This document shows positions 1-13,720 of a stretch of 64,000 nt of DNA, one piece after another. The DNA lies in NCBI GenBank assembly GCA_028534125.1, contig CM052817.1, positions 68,574,001 to 68,638,000 on the forward strand. Reading direction: 5' to 3'. The notes beneath the pieces were generated by a model. The model searched no databases. It worked only from the letters and a program-made list of their open reading frames with translations, and was not told the DNA's origin. The translations under genes were made by a program, and so were the position numbers. This DNA comes from Lama glama (Eukaryota). The stretch's first letter is position 1. Each line of letters opens with the position of its first letter.

Positions 1-614
1 ATTTCCATGTTAGGTAACAATTATGTTTATACTCATACATACTCATACATTAATACTCTGTAATTATTACCTGAATCGCTACATACATCCTGAGTTGATT
101 CAATAAGGTTAGTTTTTGACTAATTTTAAGGAGAAAATATTAAGTGTTAGTAGGGAATATAAGTTTTCTGAGTCCTGGATGAATTTCTCACTCTAGTTTA
201 TTTCCACAGGAAAAGCCTTTGGAATTCCAGTGCTGTAGGTCAGTACCACTGATTAAAAACTGCTCTCACAAAGATGAACAAAAAGGGGAGGGAATACAGG
301 GAGAGGAAGACTTGTAAGAGAGCTGGCCCTCGGCAGTAAAGACAAGAGGAGAGACTCAGAGTGAGAGGGATAAAACTAACTGCTGAGGAGTGAAACAGCT
401 GGTGGTTTTCGTTCAAGAAAGGAAAGTCAACTTGCCAAAAAAGGGTAGACTTACATAACTATGAAACAAGTAGATTAGTATAAAAAAATACAAAAAAACC
501 ACACAGAAGATAAAATAACACTGTCACCATAAACGTGAATGTCTTATCATTGTAGTTTCCTCCCCTCATGGAAAAATAGTCCTGTTTAGCTTCAAAAATA
601 CGTCTTGAGAAAAC

Positions 615-785
615 CGTACGCACCTATCACATTAAGAATCAACCAAGACCTTACTAAAACTATAGATTCTAGGAGTCAACCCTCAGAGATTGATTTAGTA
701 GATATGGGACAGTTGTGAAGCTCCAAATATGCATTTTTAACGAGTACTGAAGAAGATTTTGAAGACCGTTCTTTAGATACATTGT
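615..785. mobile_element. MER5-like hAT-Charlie MITE remnant
   Basis: agaatca...cagagattgatttagtag...tgcatttttaac resembles the MER5A core; boundaries approximate. Confidence 0.5.
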
Positions 786-829
786 CTTATAGGAAAGAGT
801 AAAACACTGATTAACTGGAATTAACTTTT

Positions 830-2019
830 TGTTGATTCATTAAAAAATATTTAATGATTACTAGGTACTATTTATTTATCAATATGTCAGATACTATGAT
901 AGGTTTTGAGGATGCAGTGGAGAATAAGAGATAAATATAAATATATAATTATTAATATAATGCATGTTATGAAGGAAAAGTAGATAGAGATGGTATGCCT
1001 GATGAATACAGAGATGTGACTAAGCAACTGAATGATCTGCTCAACTGAGACTTAACAGTATAACCTTATTTGTGGTAATTACTTCAGCTAAATATACATA
1101 CATTGTGTATTTACACACACTATTTCTCAGGCATTGAATTAGGCCTTGGGGGTTCTTAATCAGGAAAAAATGTACGTAATTGCTTCATTTATTAAGAGGC
1201 TACAATGCATCAGGCATTAAACTAAGCAATGAGAACATAAAAATCAATAAAATGCAGATCTTACTCTTTAGGAACTTAGTTTAACTTAAAAAATGGAAGC
1301 AGATATAGAGACCTGAAGGCAGAAGTTTGTATAGGGTATTCCTAAAATTGGGAGAAATCTAAAGCATAGAAAAATAAGAAGGAAAGATACACTGATGGAA
1401 GTTGATAAGATAGACAATGGAAAGATTATGCACAGCCTTGCAGACCATGTTAAGAATTTTTAATTTTGTTATAAGGAAGGATAATGAGAAGATTCTTGTT
1501 AAGATTTCTAGTTGAAAAAATTATGCTAAAGGTGGGCCCAAATCCAATATGACTGGGGTCCTTATAAAAAGGGGAAATTTGGACATAGACGTATGCACAG
1601 AGGCGAAACGATGTGAATACATATAAAGGAAAGATGGCCACATGACTGAAACGATGCATTTACAAGCCAAGAACACTGGATTGCTGGCAAACACCAGAAA
1701 CTAGAAGAGATAAAGGATTCTCTCTTTCAGGCATCAGAGACAGCATGTCTCTGTCAACACCTTGATTTTGGACTTTTAGCCCCCTGAAGTGTGAAACAAT
1801 AAATTATTGTTGTTTTAAGTAAAAAAAAATTTAAAAGATTATGTTAGCTAAAGTCTGAAGAATGGATTAAAAAGGAGTAAGAATAGCTGCAGGAAACTTG
1901 CAGGAAAGCAAGTAAGAGATGATGGTGAAATTGAGTAAATGATGGCATCAGTAACAGAAGTGAACAGGTTGTGAATATGTTTTTTGACTGACTGAATATT
2001 GGAAGGAAAGGCAGGAATC
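830..2019 (-). mobile_element. Decayed L2 fragments interrupted by an MLT1 LTR
   Basis: Reverse L2 3'-end signature (tattt...ggatgcagtggagaataaga) and purine-rich L2-like body on both sides of the MLT1. Confidence 0.5.
1530..1820 (+). mobile_element. MLT1 (MaLR) LTR fragment, MLT1C-like
   Basis: ggtgggcccaaatccaatatgactggggtccttataaaaagggg ... caccttgattttggactt ... aataaattattgttgttttaag. Confidence 0.85.
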
Positions 2020-2519
2020 NNNNNNNNNNNNNNNNNNNNNNNNNNNNNNNNNNNNNNNNNNNNNNNNNNNNNNNNNNNNNNNNNNNNNNNNNNNNNNNNN
2101 NNNNNNNNNNNNNNNNNNNNNNNNNNNNNNNNNNNNNNNNNNNNNNNNNNNNNNNNNNNNNNNNNNNNNNNNNNNNNNNNNNNNNNNNNNNNNNNNNNNN
2201 NNNNNNNNNNNNNNNNNNNNNNNNNNNNNNNNNNNNNNNNNNNNNNNNNNNNNNNNNNNNNNNNNNNNNNNNNNNNNNNNNNNNNNNNNNNNNNNNNNNN
2301 NNNNNNNNNNNNNNNNNNNNNNNNNNNNNNNNNNNNNNNNNNNNNNNNNNNNNNNNNNNNNNNNNNNNNNNNNNNNNNNNNNNNNNNNNNNNNNNNNNNN
2401 NNNNNNNNNNNNNNNNNNNNNNNNNNNNNNNNNNNNNNNNNNNNNNNNNNNNNNNNNNNNNNNNNNNNNNNNNNNNNNNNNNNNNNNNNNNNNNNNNNNN
2501 NNNNNNNNNNNNNNNNNNN
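2020..2519. other. Assembly gap (exactly 500 N)
   Basis: Run of N; round length suggests a scaffolding placeholder. Confidence 0.99.
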
Positions 2520-2574
2520 TAAGAATATGAGCTTCATGGGGCTTTAATTTACCTTACTCTCATTTCCCTCTCCT

Positions 2575-3050
2575 CAGGTACACAGTCACCTTGAAAACCA
2601 ACAGTATCACAAACCAGAAATCTGTCAATCACTGGATGAATAGAGTAGTTTCAGAGTTTCCAAAAAGTATTATTTTAGGGAATTGTGATTATTTGACGTG
2701 TCTTTCAGTTCTCTGGAAACATCTCACAGTATTTGCTTTTATTTGACCTGACTCAGAGCTTACTCAGTGCAAAAAGACTTTACTCCGGAGGTTTCTGTCA
2801 AAAAAAGTCAGCAGCAATTGTTTAATATTGCAGCTGCCTGAGGTGGCCATAATAGCTGGGGCAAACAAGAAGCAGACAATAAAAATAAAAAAATTAAAAT
2901 TAAAAGCTGGGGAATGCAATGTCCATAGAGGGGCTCTGAAAGTTCCAACATGATCCTGGGAATTTAGAAGTCTGTCCATGTGTTCGTAAGATGTTTGCAG
3001 GCCTAGGAAAGACCCAAGGAGGCTCTCACCTTTGGGTGATCCCAAGACCT
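2575..3050 (+). mobile_element. Old L1M (L1MC/L1M4-type) 5' region fragment
   Basis: gcaattgtttaatattgcagctgcctgagg...ggggaatg...ggaaagacc resembles L1MC 5' end consensus as recalled. Confidence 0.55.
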
Positions 3051-3190
3051 CAAATAGTTGCATAAATACAAAAATACATAAATATTAGAAAATAGCTATG
3101 TTAAAAGGACATAAGTGGTAACAGTATTATGAACAGTAATGACACTAAAGTATACTAGTTTTAATATCCATCTTTTTTTAGAGTTTGTCA

Positions 3191-3403
<213 letters not shown>

Positions 3404-4604
3404 TTAAAAAAGCAAAGATAGAATCTTGATTGCTCAGTTTATGTAAAAACCACAATCTTTCCTAAGTGCATATATACAAATATGGCTAAGATGATAACTA
3501 ATTAGCAGAGATGTCAGTAAAAACAAATATAGAAATTAATCAGCATATTTACAACTGAAATGGTAGGAGGTACTTTATATTATTATGTAGATACATATAC
3601 ACATATATTTACTAATTAAATATATGCATATATTTTATATGTGGTTTTATTGGTATTATAATCTACATATATATGCAATATATATGTATATTTCAGAGTA
3701 TCATTATTTAAACATCATGGAATATAACATTTCTTCTTATTTAAGAATCTGCTTCACTAACTTTGATAATATTTTTTCTTTTTCAAAGTAAAACAAAGGC
3801 TGGGTAGAGAGGTAAGGCTGGAATTTGGGAGTGGGCAGGCAAAAGATTCAGGTGTTGATTCACCATGACTTTAAGTAAAGTGTACTAAAAGTTTCATTTT
3901 CATCTATTAAAGAAGATACAAAATCATCAGGCAAAATTTATTGAAATATCAATTCAGCATTTCTCACTTTCTTTTAAAATTTCTTGATTCAAGTGCACAC
4001 AAGTTTAAGCGAAGCTTCATATAGAGAGAAACTGCACTAGATTAAAATTATAAAAATATTTTCATAGAAGATTTCTTTTCTTTCTCAGATTTGAAAGTGA
4101 TTTAAGCATTTTGGTACAGAGATAATGTACACGGGAAAGTTATTACAAAGTCAAATTATTGTTTGTGTGTTTGATAGGACTGTAGCTTTTTAGAAGATCA
4201 ATAGTCCTGATGAAGAATAACCTGTTCCTGTATGGGGAAAGTGGAGTGATTCACGGAAAGGCAGTAGAAATTCAAGAAGCTGACTAGGATGAAGGAGTTA
4301 AGCATGGACTAGCTTTCCCCATTCTATAGCTCTAATATTAGTAAATGGTAGATATCCTCACTTCCTTCACAAAAGTCCAAATGTGGCAGCCCAGATAAAC
4401 AATGGAGAAAAACATAATACATATTTTAAATTACAAAGGGATGAGTTCCTTATTTCACTTTATGAAATGAAAAGCTTATACATAAGAGGAAAAGAAATAG
4501 GAATTTAAGTCAGTTTTGTGAATGGTGCATGAGTCATGCACTTAGAGTTGTCTGCTTTTGTAAGGTGGAAAACTTTTGGATAAGCACAGGGAAATAGACA
4601 CTTT

Positions 4605-4750
4605 TTGAGCATCTATTGGGTGACAGGCATTGTCTACTTTCACTTAGCCCATTTAATTCTTACAATGATTCTTGTAGACAGGTATTGCAATCTCCCTTAT
4701 CTCTGTTAAAGACCAAAGAAACTAAGACATAAGAAAGCTAAGTGATTTAA
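4605..4750 (-). mobile_element. MIR SINE fragment
   Basis: catttaattcttacaa...gaaactaagacata...agtgatt, reverse MIR core. Confidence 0.6.
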
Positions 4751-6089
4751 TGTGTTACGTGTGTTATGAGTAGAATCTCTTAAGTTGAAAGGCATCTTTC
4801 ATTTCCCAATTCATTAAGATTCGGGAAAATAATAGCCAACAGATCTAGAAAGACCAGTTACTAAATCAAACATTCCTTTATCTGCTATTAGTGATGTTTG
4901 CCAACTTTATAGTTGGTTACTCCCATGGCTCCCCAAAGAGGTCAGATTTCATCACCTCCATATTGTATTTCTAACATAAAATCTATAAAATAGAGTTAGA
5001 CATAGATCTATTTATTTGAGAAATGGTCAGTATGGTTAAATGTACTCTGTTTAAAAAGCTCTGTAATATTATCAACTTGATATTCCACAGAGAAGAACAC
5101 AGAAACCAACTAGAAGAAGTATAAAAGTTTAAGATATGTTCCTCTGCTCCACTAAAGAAGGAAGAGATATGTTCAATTCATTTTAGGAAATTTCCAATTA
5201 ATATGGTTAAAATAAAAATTTGCAGCTAAAGAGAGAAAACTCTGTCATCTTAAAAAAGTTTATTCACTTAGCACTGTTTAATCTCCAAAGCAGAATAATT
5301 TTGGACCGTAGATTTTGCATCTGCAGTGCTCAAATCAGTCTGACATATCTGTCACCCATAAAAGGCTTGAAATCAAGTCAATGATCCAGATCAGAGGTTG
5401 TAGTTAAGTCCTTAGATCACTGGCCATGGAAAAGTCATCTGTATCTGCTTCCAAAACACTCTACCAATACCATAAAAGGTTTACAGTGAATCTTGAGAAT
5501 TTACTGGGATCCACTCCGATTCAAGCCTGATTACTAGTACTGGCAGATATCCCATTCTCCATTCTCTTGACCCTTGTCACTTCATCTCAAAATCCTTCCA
5601 AAGTACTTTATCGTAATAAAAATATTATGTAAAAATGCTTTGTAAACCATACATTAAAATATGCAATTATTCTTTCAAAATATTATCTCATCCTAGGGCA
5701 CTACTATTTTCTATCTTGAATTTTCATTTTGATATAATACATTGTGAAAAAGCAATATACCATGGATTATGTTTTCCCAGGATGATTCCAAACTCCATGA
5801 GGTACTCTGTGACTCAGAGAAATCATTTATCTAAATCTCGGTTTCTTTATTCTCATCCATTACTACTATATTTCTCAGAAATACTGAATTATTTTCAAAA
5901 TGATAAAATACAACTGATGTGTCATTTGGGTGAGGGGAGGTGGAAAAATCACCTCTTCTTAAGCCCTCTTTTCTCTTGTTTTAATGGATATGAATTACTT
6001 CCTAGATCGAACGAACATCACCTAATTCCCTTTGGTTCCTTCCTATATTTGATCTCTCATTTGGAGTCTAAGATATTATTTTTTCTCTC

Positions 6090-7180
6090 TTGATTAACTG
6101 CATTATTTTGATAGAACATATTTTCCAGTAGTTTCTAAGAAAGGATGCACAGAAGGCAAATTATTTTGGAATTGTCCATGTCTTTTAATATACTTATTCT
6201 GCCCTTGACTGACAGTTGGGTTAGGCATAACATTCTAGGATTTCTTTTTTTTTCTCTTCAGAGTTATGTAAGGCAGGGCTCCATTATCTTTCTGCTGAGA
6301 ATTTTGATGCAATTTTGATTTGAGATCATCTGTATGTGATTTTCCACCTTTCTGTAAACTTTTAGGATCCCCGGTGTTCTGAAATTTCATAATGATATAT
6401 GTAAGTGTGTATCACTTACTTGTGCTAGGCATTTGATGGTCTTTTTGTAATCTTTCACTTACAGAAAAAGTTCTTGTTTGATGTCTGTAATAACTTCTTT
6501 CTGTTTTTCCTCTTCTCTCTTCTTTCAGTAGAAGAGTTTTGAACATCCTGAGTAGATTTTCTAATAATTTTGCCTTTTCTTCTTATTTTCCATCTTTATT
6601 TGTATTCTACTCTCTGAGAGATTTCCCAAACTATATCATTCAACTCTTTTATTATAAAGATCCTTGCATTTCTACATCATTTTTAATTTCCAGTAAATTA
6701 AATTTTGTTGTTACTTTAAAAAAATTCTGATTTTTCATAGTTACCATATTTTCTCATAATTGTCTTTCTGAGGATATCCCTTTATTCAGTTGGTACCAGT
6801 CTGTGTTTTTCAGTTGGAGGCTTCCCTTAGAGATTTCATAATTTATGACTGTACATATTTAAAAGAATAGCACTAAAAATCTGATTGGAAGTTTTCTATA
6901 TGTGGCAGGGCTTGGTAACTGGTGGATTCACTATAGGTAACTCGGGGATACAGTCGTTTGTTAGAGGACTATGTAAGTAAGATATTTCTCCCTTCTGGGG
7001 ACATTCCATCTCTCCAGAGACTAAGTCTTTAATCTGTCTAAACTAATCCTTGCCAGCATTCTAGGACTGACCACGGAGGGGCCTGGGGCTTGTGACTATA
7101 TACATTTCCTCACTCTGGCCCTTTGCTATGCTGCTAACTCTGAGACTCAAGACTCTACGATTCCACTACACCAAAGAATA
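6090..7180 (-). mobile_element. Ancient L1ME/HAL1-like ORF1 fragment
   Basis: Reverse strand cctagaatgttatgcctaacccaactgtca resembles L1 ORF1 PRILYPAKLS; T-rich + strand. Confidence 0.5.
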
Positions 7181-7410
7181 CTCCTCCAAATGTATTGTTC
7201 CTATGGTCATGTTTTGTAAAATTTGCAGAAGTATAAATATTTAATCAGTGAAAACTGTTGTCTTTATTTACACCAATTTCTCCTCCATTACTCTTCCTTT
7301 TGTGCTGGGCAACACAGAGGCTCTGGATACTTTGACACAACTAAGCAAGCTGAATTAGAGATATACAGTGTGGTTTACTGGGGTATATTTCACTGATCTG
7401 AAGTCACTTT

Positions 7411-7937
7411 TGGGTAATTTCTCCTTGGCTAGACTCTAGCCAGGCTTCTCTAAGCCTTTTCTCAACTATACCTCAACTTGGCCTATAGAGACTTGAGCAA
7501 AACTCTAACATAGTTTATAGCAATTCAAGGCCACATCCCTAGGATGACCTCAACACTCTATAAGTGCCTGCCTGAGAAATATCAAGGCTGCCAAAAGAAC
7601 CTACCATTTGCCAGTCAATACTTGAAGACAGGGTCCCTGTCTTCCAGCCTCTATGGGAAGGTGGGAGTCTAAATTTGATAAGTGTCAATTAGCAAACCCA
7701 GATTTGTATCACATGGACCAATGCCCCTCGTCACATTTTTTGTAATTTTTTCACTTCCCTGAATCTTCCAGTCCCCTCCTTCCTTATTCCCTCATTCCCT
7801 CTTTAAAATGCCCCGTCACCTCTGTACAAATTGACGTTGAGTTTAATTTATGCTGGACTCTTACTATACCAGTGTGTTACTGATTAAAACCTGTCCTTAC
7901 CACTTTAATTAGTATCCAGCATTTTTTATCTTTGACA
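7411..7937 (+). mobile_element. ERV1 solo LTR, MER67/MER31-like
   Basis: ctccttggctagactctagccaggct...tgcctgcctgagaaa..caaggctgccaaaag...ATTAAA...ctttgaCA terminus. Confidence 0.75.
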
Positions 7938-9264
7938 GTATGGCAAAGTTATTTCTAGCTCTAGGAATGACTTCCTGGAATACTCCCACCACCCTCTATA
8001 CAGGAGCAGAGGTTGTATGCGATATAAATATGTTCCAGCACCGGAAGTTTATGGGTAGGAGAAACATAACTGACATGTACAAAGCCAAAAGTCAGACTGT
8101 AAAATTCTTCGAAACATTAAACATGCAAAATTATAAGCAGAAAATCTGATTCTCATTGATGCTGATCAAAAGAGAAATACTCTTCTTCTAGGAATATACT
8201 TGATAATGCTACATATACAATTACAAGTGCACCATTAACATTTTTCCTTTTTTTGATAGGAATTTCACAAAACAGCATTTTGTTTACAAGAATAAACAAT
8301 ACAATAAACAAAAGCTACACCTGTGTTAAGTCATATGTTTTATGTATTCCTACTATCAAAAATAAAAAAAAAATCTCAACAAAACCTTCCAATGAAAAGA
8401 CTTATTATCTATTTTCTCTATAGAAAATACTGCACAACTGTTGTTATATGAAGAGATGATCAATGAGAAAGAAGCAAAAAAGGAGGAAAAATAGACATTT
8501 AATGAATAAAAATATTGTTTTTTAATTTTGTAATTTGTTGTGATCTCTTTGCTCTAAATGTTCTTTTAATAGCCTAATTTTAGATTGTAATTTATAACCT
8601 ATTCTTAAAGAAGGGCATCTCCTCACACTGCATAAGCTTCATGTCACAAAATCTAGATCTGCCCTTATCTTCCAGTCTTCTGCAGACCAGTAGATTCTTG
8701 GCTAAGAGGGTGGTTGCAAAGATTTGCAAAGGCAGGAGAAATGAAGCTATTCCTTACCTTATGCAAAAACACATTCAATTGCTTCTTTTCTGATTTTCTG
8801 CCTCATTTTTCATTCACCTTCAACTCCGTATACTTTTTGGTCTTGCTTCTTTTTGGTATCCTCCTTTGCAGGAAAGTTGCAGTATTCTTTGCTTTATTAA
8901 GTGATGTAACTGCTTTCTATCTTCCAAATACTTGTTGATATTTCTTGTCTACTAGTGTACTTATATTCTCTTTGTTCTTAGAATTATACTTTTTTCATTT
9001 CCTTACTGTCACTTTTGTGATGTTTCAGAAGGAAGCAGAGATAAACATGTGTACAATTTGTTATTCTGAATTACAAAGGTTTTCAAATTTTAAAGGCTCT
9101 AGTTCAAAAGGGGTGGGAATGAAGTTAGGAGATGGGCATGGCAAGCATGGAGTCTCACTCCCTTGGTCTAGTCCCTGGCCTGCAAAATAGCAGTTAAGAT
9201 ACTTGCTCAGAAAGCAGTAGAGTAACAATGGCACACAGGAAAGATTAACCCAGGAGGCAGCATT

Positions 9265-9430
9265 ATCTAGTTTTGATTCAGTTCAATTACTTACAAGTTG
9301 TACGGCTTTGGACAACTCATTTTTCTGCATCTCTTTTCTCAGTTATAAAACAGGAATGATACTTTCTGGGGCTGTTATGAGGTATAAATAAGATTATTCT
9401 AGCATATAGCAGGAACTCAAGTATTTAATA
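9265..9430 (+). mobile_element. MIR SINE fragment
   Basis: acttacaagttgt...ctcagttataaaacaggaatgata...gttatgagg MIR core. Confidence 0.55.
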
Positions 9431-9644
9431 GGCAAACGTTTAGATATATAGAAAACATGAAAAATTTTAGCACTTCGACTAAAATTTTAAAAAGTATAAG
9501 CCTTAGATCCCATTTAGTCTGCTTCTTGTTTTAAATTCAGTTAAAAAATAGGCTAGTTTTCTATTTTACACTTGACAGATTTCTCTTTAAAAAGAGAATG
9601 TTTTCAAAAAATTATTCTTTTCTACTTTTCAAAATCCAAAGACT

Positions 9645-9985
9645 CAGAATATTATTCAGTGATAAAAAGAAATGAGCTATCAAGCCACGAGCAGAAAAAG
9701 TCTGAAAGGCTACACAGTCTATGATTCCAACCATATGTTATTCTGGAAAAGGCAAAACTTTGTAAGGACAGAAAAAAGATCACTAGTTGCCAAGGGTTTT
9801 GGGGGATGGGGGGAGTAGGAGAGGATGGATGAGCAGCTGAAGCACAGGGAATATTTAGAGTGGTGAAACTGTTCTGTATAATACTGCAATGGTGAATACA
9901 TGACACTGTGCATTTGTCAAAAACCTAGAGAACTCTGCAACACAACTAAACTATGGACCTCAGTTAATAACAATGTATCAATATA
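9645..9985 (+). mobile_element. L1MC-type 3' UTR fragment
   Basis: aaaaagaaatgagctatcaagcca...ttctggaaaaggcaaaact...gaaactgttctgtataatactg...aaactatggac. Confidence 0.8.
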
Positions 9986-11279
9986 GTAAAATCAGTAAAA
10001 ATGGCATAGTAGTTATCTCCAAGGATACTTTTTTAAAATTAAGAGTGTTTTTGAAAAGGAACTGCTGAAAGAAAGTCAAAAATCTGTAATCAAGTCATAA
10101 TCTGTTTATTATAGTTGATTTATCACTTGACAAAGGTAACAAATTATGACTTCATTCAAATGCAAAATAAACTCCATTGTCAAAGAATACTCTCACTAAA
10201 AAGAATGATCCCCTTGCCTTTTACAGGACATTACTGGGCATTCTGGATTTGTAAGAATTAAAGTATTAATAATTTTATCCTAATTATGTAATCACAGGAC
10301 AAGAGGGATCACTGAAGCCATTCTAGAATATCTTGGTTTATGCAAGACATTTAACATATTGGACAGAAACATTTTCTTCCTCACTCTAAAATCCTCATCT
10401 GTACTTAATAATAGTATGATTATTGTTCCATACCACCCTTTGTTTGAGAGAATAAACTCATGGTTGTCTTTGTGAGGCAGGTAGGGAGTAAGTAGACAGT
10501 AGAACTCCTATGGATGGGAAATAAATGATTTTGTATATCCAAACCACAATTACAAAACATGGCTTGCTTAAATAAAGGAAGATAAATTGTAGAGATAATA
10601 TTTTATATTTAAAATGAGTTAAAACTTTTTAAAAATCAAGTTTTCATTTGTTGTTTACTGAGAAAGGACTAACACATGCATAAAGCAATGGCTAGTACGT
10701 TACCTAAGGGTTTTCTCTAATAGCAAGTAATGTCATTATTATAATTTAAATGAGCTTCCTAGGATGTCAGAATTGAACTTTTGAAGCTACTAGATTGAAC
10801 CATTTGAAACTGCTGATATGAAACTGTTTCTTAAACACATAATATGTTCCCTTGCTTATAAAAAGTAATGGATTTGAATTGTAGTTACTGACTACAATCT
10901 ATAACCTCAATGTGTTTCAATTAGTCAAGAGCAGAATGGAGATAATAAGAAAGCTACTTAATATAGTTGCAATGATTACACAAGATTAAAAATCTTAAAA
11001 AGATTTTAAACTCTAAAAGTGATTCAAAGTTTTGATAACTAAAGATTATCTACATTGCCAAAATTTCCTATTCACAATCTAACTTTTGAAATGAAGCTTA
11101 CTATATATATGAGAATTAACAATGTACAAACTTAAGTTTAGGTCTCAATATTTCCCCATGCCAACGTGTCCATAAAGGCTTCCCTACTGTTTATTTAATT
11201 AAACTGAACTAAATGAGTTATTACTATATTCAAGTTATGGTATTACGTGCTAAGGGATCATAAAGATGAGTATTTGTCA

Positions 11280-11760
11280 AAGCCTGGTCAGGTCAGAGTG
11301 AGAGTTCCCACTGAGCACCTTGGGTATTAAGTTAAGGACCTAGACATGACACATTGTTTAGCTAAATAAAAAAATTAAAAGAGACCCACCTTAACAAAGA
11401 ATAAAACCAAACTGATATGAACAAAAGGGCCCACCAGTTATTTAACTGTCTAGCAGAACAAAACTCAACATCATTTAAAGAAAGATGATAAAATTGACTC
11501 CTTACAATATACTTTTATTAATATCCACTATATAATAAATAATTAGATATGCAAAGCATAAAAATGTGACTTAAAATCAAGAGAAGCATAGAAGTATACC
11601 TACAAGGTGATCCAGAATAGGACTTAGCAAATAAGGACTTTGAAGCAATTACTATAGATATGTTCAAGGACTTGATGGAAAATACAGTCAAAGTGAATGG
11701 ACAGGGAAATGCAAGCAATATAGAAGAGCCAAATTGAAATACTAGCACAGAAAAGTGCAT
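11280..11760 (+). mobile_element. Old L1M fragment (5'/ORF1 start)
   Basis: A-rich; gaataggacttagcaaataaggactttgaagcaattactatagatatgttcaagg resembles L1M ORF1 N-terminus. Confidence 0.55.
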
Positions 11761-13082
11761 TATTCCTTCCTCAGACTTGGTGTGTTCTGCTATAAATTCC
11801 TATTGCTGTCTATAGAACTTAACACCATTATAACTATTTCTTTAATAAAAGGGTCACAAATTAGTAGCCAACTGGCTACAATCAGTTATACTTGGCTTAA
11901 GTGTTACAGTTTTTAAAAATTTGAGCCACTGTTTACAATTGGGATATTACATAAAAATATTATGGTAATCCTATTTCATTTATATTTATCTCTCAAAGAA
12001 AGCAAGTAACTGTTAATTGAACCTCATGCCTCATCCAAAAAACAACAACAAAAAAACCTAGATCACTTCTCACTGCCCTTCTTTCCCAACATAGGGAATG
12101 TCAAAAGTATCTTAAAAATCTATGAAATTTCATAAATTGAGTCGAATTTCCTCCTCAGTCTCTTATTCTCATCAATTTCCAATTCCATCTTGAGGATAAA
12201 CAGGAAAATAATAAGATGGATTTAAAGAGTTTACATATTTTATACTTTGCTCTATTTCTTAATTTTTAATAACTTAACTCATTTTCTTTCAGTTCCAACA
12301 TATCTGTATGTTATTTGAAAAAAATGTCCTGGATTTGTAATTATAGATTGTAGCGAACCTGGCACATAACTGTGTTGCTCAAAAAGTGGACTGTTTTCAT
12401 TAAATATTCCATGCTATGCTAAATAATGATAAAGACTGCATTACAAAAGTGCTTTAAGTCAGAATAAATAAGTACATTTTTCCTAGATATTTAAGATATT
12501 AATACAATACTTTTGAGGAACCATTGAAGTGCTACACAATAGTGAGATATTACCAGTATTTTTCATTATGTGCTTAAAATGAATCCTATTGTGAAGTATG
12601 TGGGTAACACTGAAATAAAATCTCAAAATTTTATTTAAAATTTTTTATTTCAATTTAGCTTCCATAATCAAACACACATCATACAACTAAGATGTTTCAG
12701 CCAAATGCTAATTTCTTCCTTCAAGTAAGATTTCAAAGTTTTCATACGCTCAAGTCCCTTCAACAGACTATTTCTCTGTATTTATATGTACATATTTCTT
12801 TCTTTTAGTGGTAAAGTAACTATTTTAATCTCTGAGAATATATTAAGTGTTCTTCCGTACATATTTCCCAATTTCTTTCTATAGGTCCTTAAAAAAACTT
12901 CTTCTAAAGATTCCTATCTTTGAAGATGCTCAGAGATACAAAGATACACACTCTAAGAACTTATTTCAACCATAATGATATACACACGTTGAATTTTCAA
13001 CTGTACAAAGGAAATACACCAATAAAATAAAAAAAAACATTTAAACATCTCAGCTACAAATCCACTCTGAAATTACTAATGA

Positions 13083-13720
13083 TTTTTTATTTTTTGAGTA
13101 AAAGTAGATTTATTTAGAGATGTACATGGTGGGTGATGTGCGTGGAGGTTAAAGTAAAGGTAGATAGATATTCCATACACAAGAGTACAGGCGGTCTCAG
13201 AAGGCAAGAGAGAGTGCAGTGTTGCTAGTTTTTATATATTAAGAAGTGAGAGGATTATTCCTACTACCCTGGGGAAGGGGCAGGGATTCCCAGGAACTGG
13301 GCCACCACCCTGGTTTTGAACTTTCATGGTTGGCTTCAGAACTGTCATGGTACCTGTGGGTGTGTCATTCACCACGCTAGTACATTACAACGTGTATAAT
13401 GAACCTCAAGGTCCACTAGAGGTCAAATATCTGGCCATCTTGGACCTCCAGGTCTATTGGGAGTGGACTTTTATGCCATCTTGGTGCTAACTGCTGTGTC
13501 ATTTCTTTATGGCTGTGTCCTGCCCTCTTCCTTCCTGTCTCACTTTCCCCTTAGAGATTGTACTACCACAATCTTATAAGGGTGCAGAGGGTTGGTAGTC
13601 TATCCCATAGCTGCTTCAAGGCTGAGCAGGGGCCTTGACTCTGCCTATTAGGAAGTAAAAATCTCTGAATGCCTAATCTAGGGGCCCCAGGAACAGGGAA
13701 GCTTCTTGTGGAAACTGTTT
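13083..13720 (-). mobile_element. ERV1 3' end: internal remnant + polypurine tract + 3' LTR (U3-R) ending in an A-rich tail
   Basis: Minus strand: PPT taaggggaaag directly before LTR start TGAGACAGG (13542); TATA (tatataaaa ~13228-13238); AATAAA (13109-13114); A-rich tail at 13083-13095. Right boundary approximate. Confidence 0.75.

Noticed and set aside
1848..2547. Long ORFs of 229 and 182 aa
   Set aside because: Artefacts of the N run.
5635..6093. 152-aa plus-strand ORF
   Set aside because: AT-rich, low-complexity composition, no recognisable domain, antisense within an intron; probably chance.
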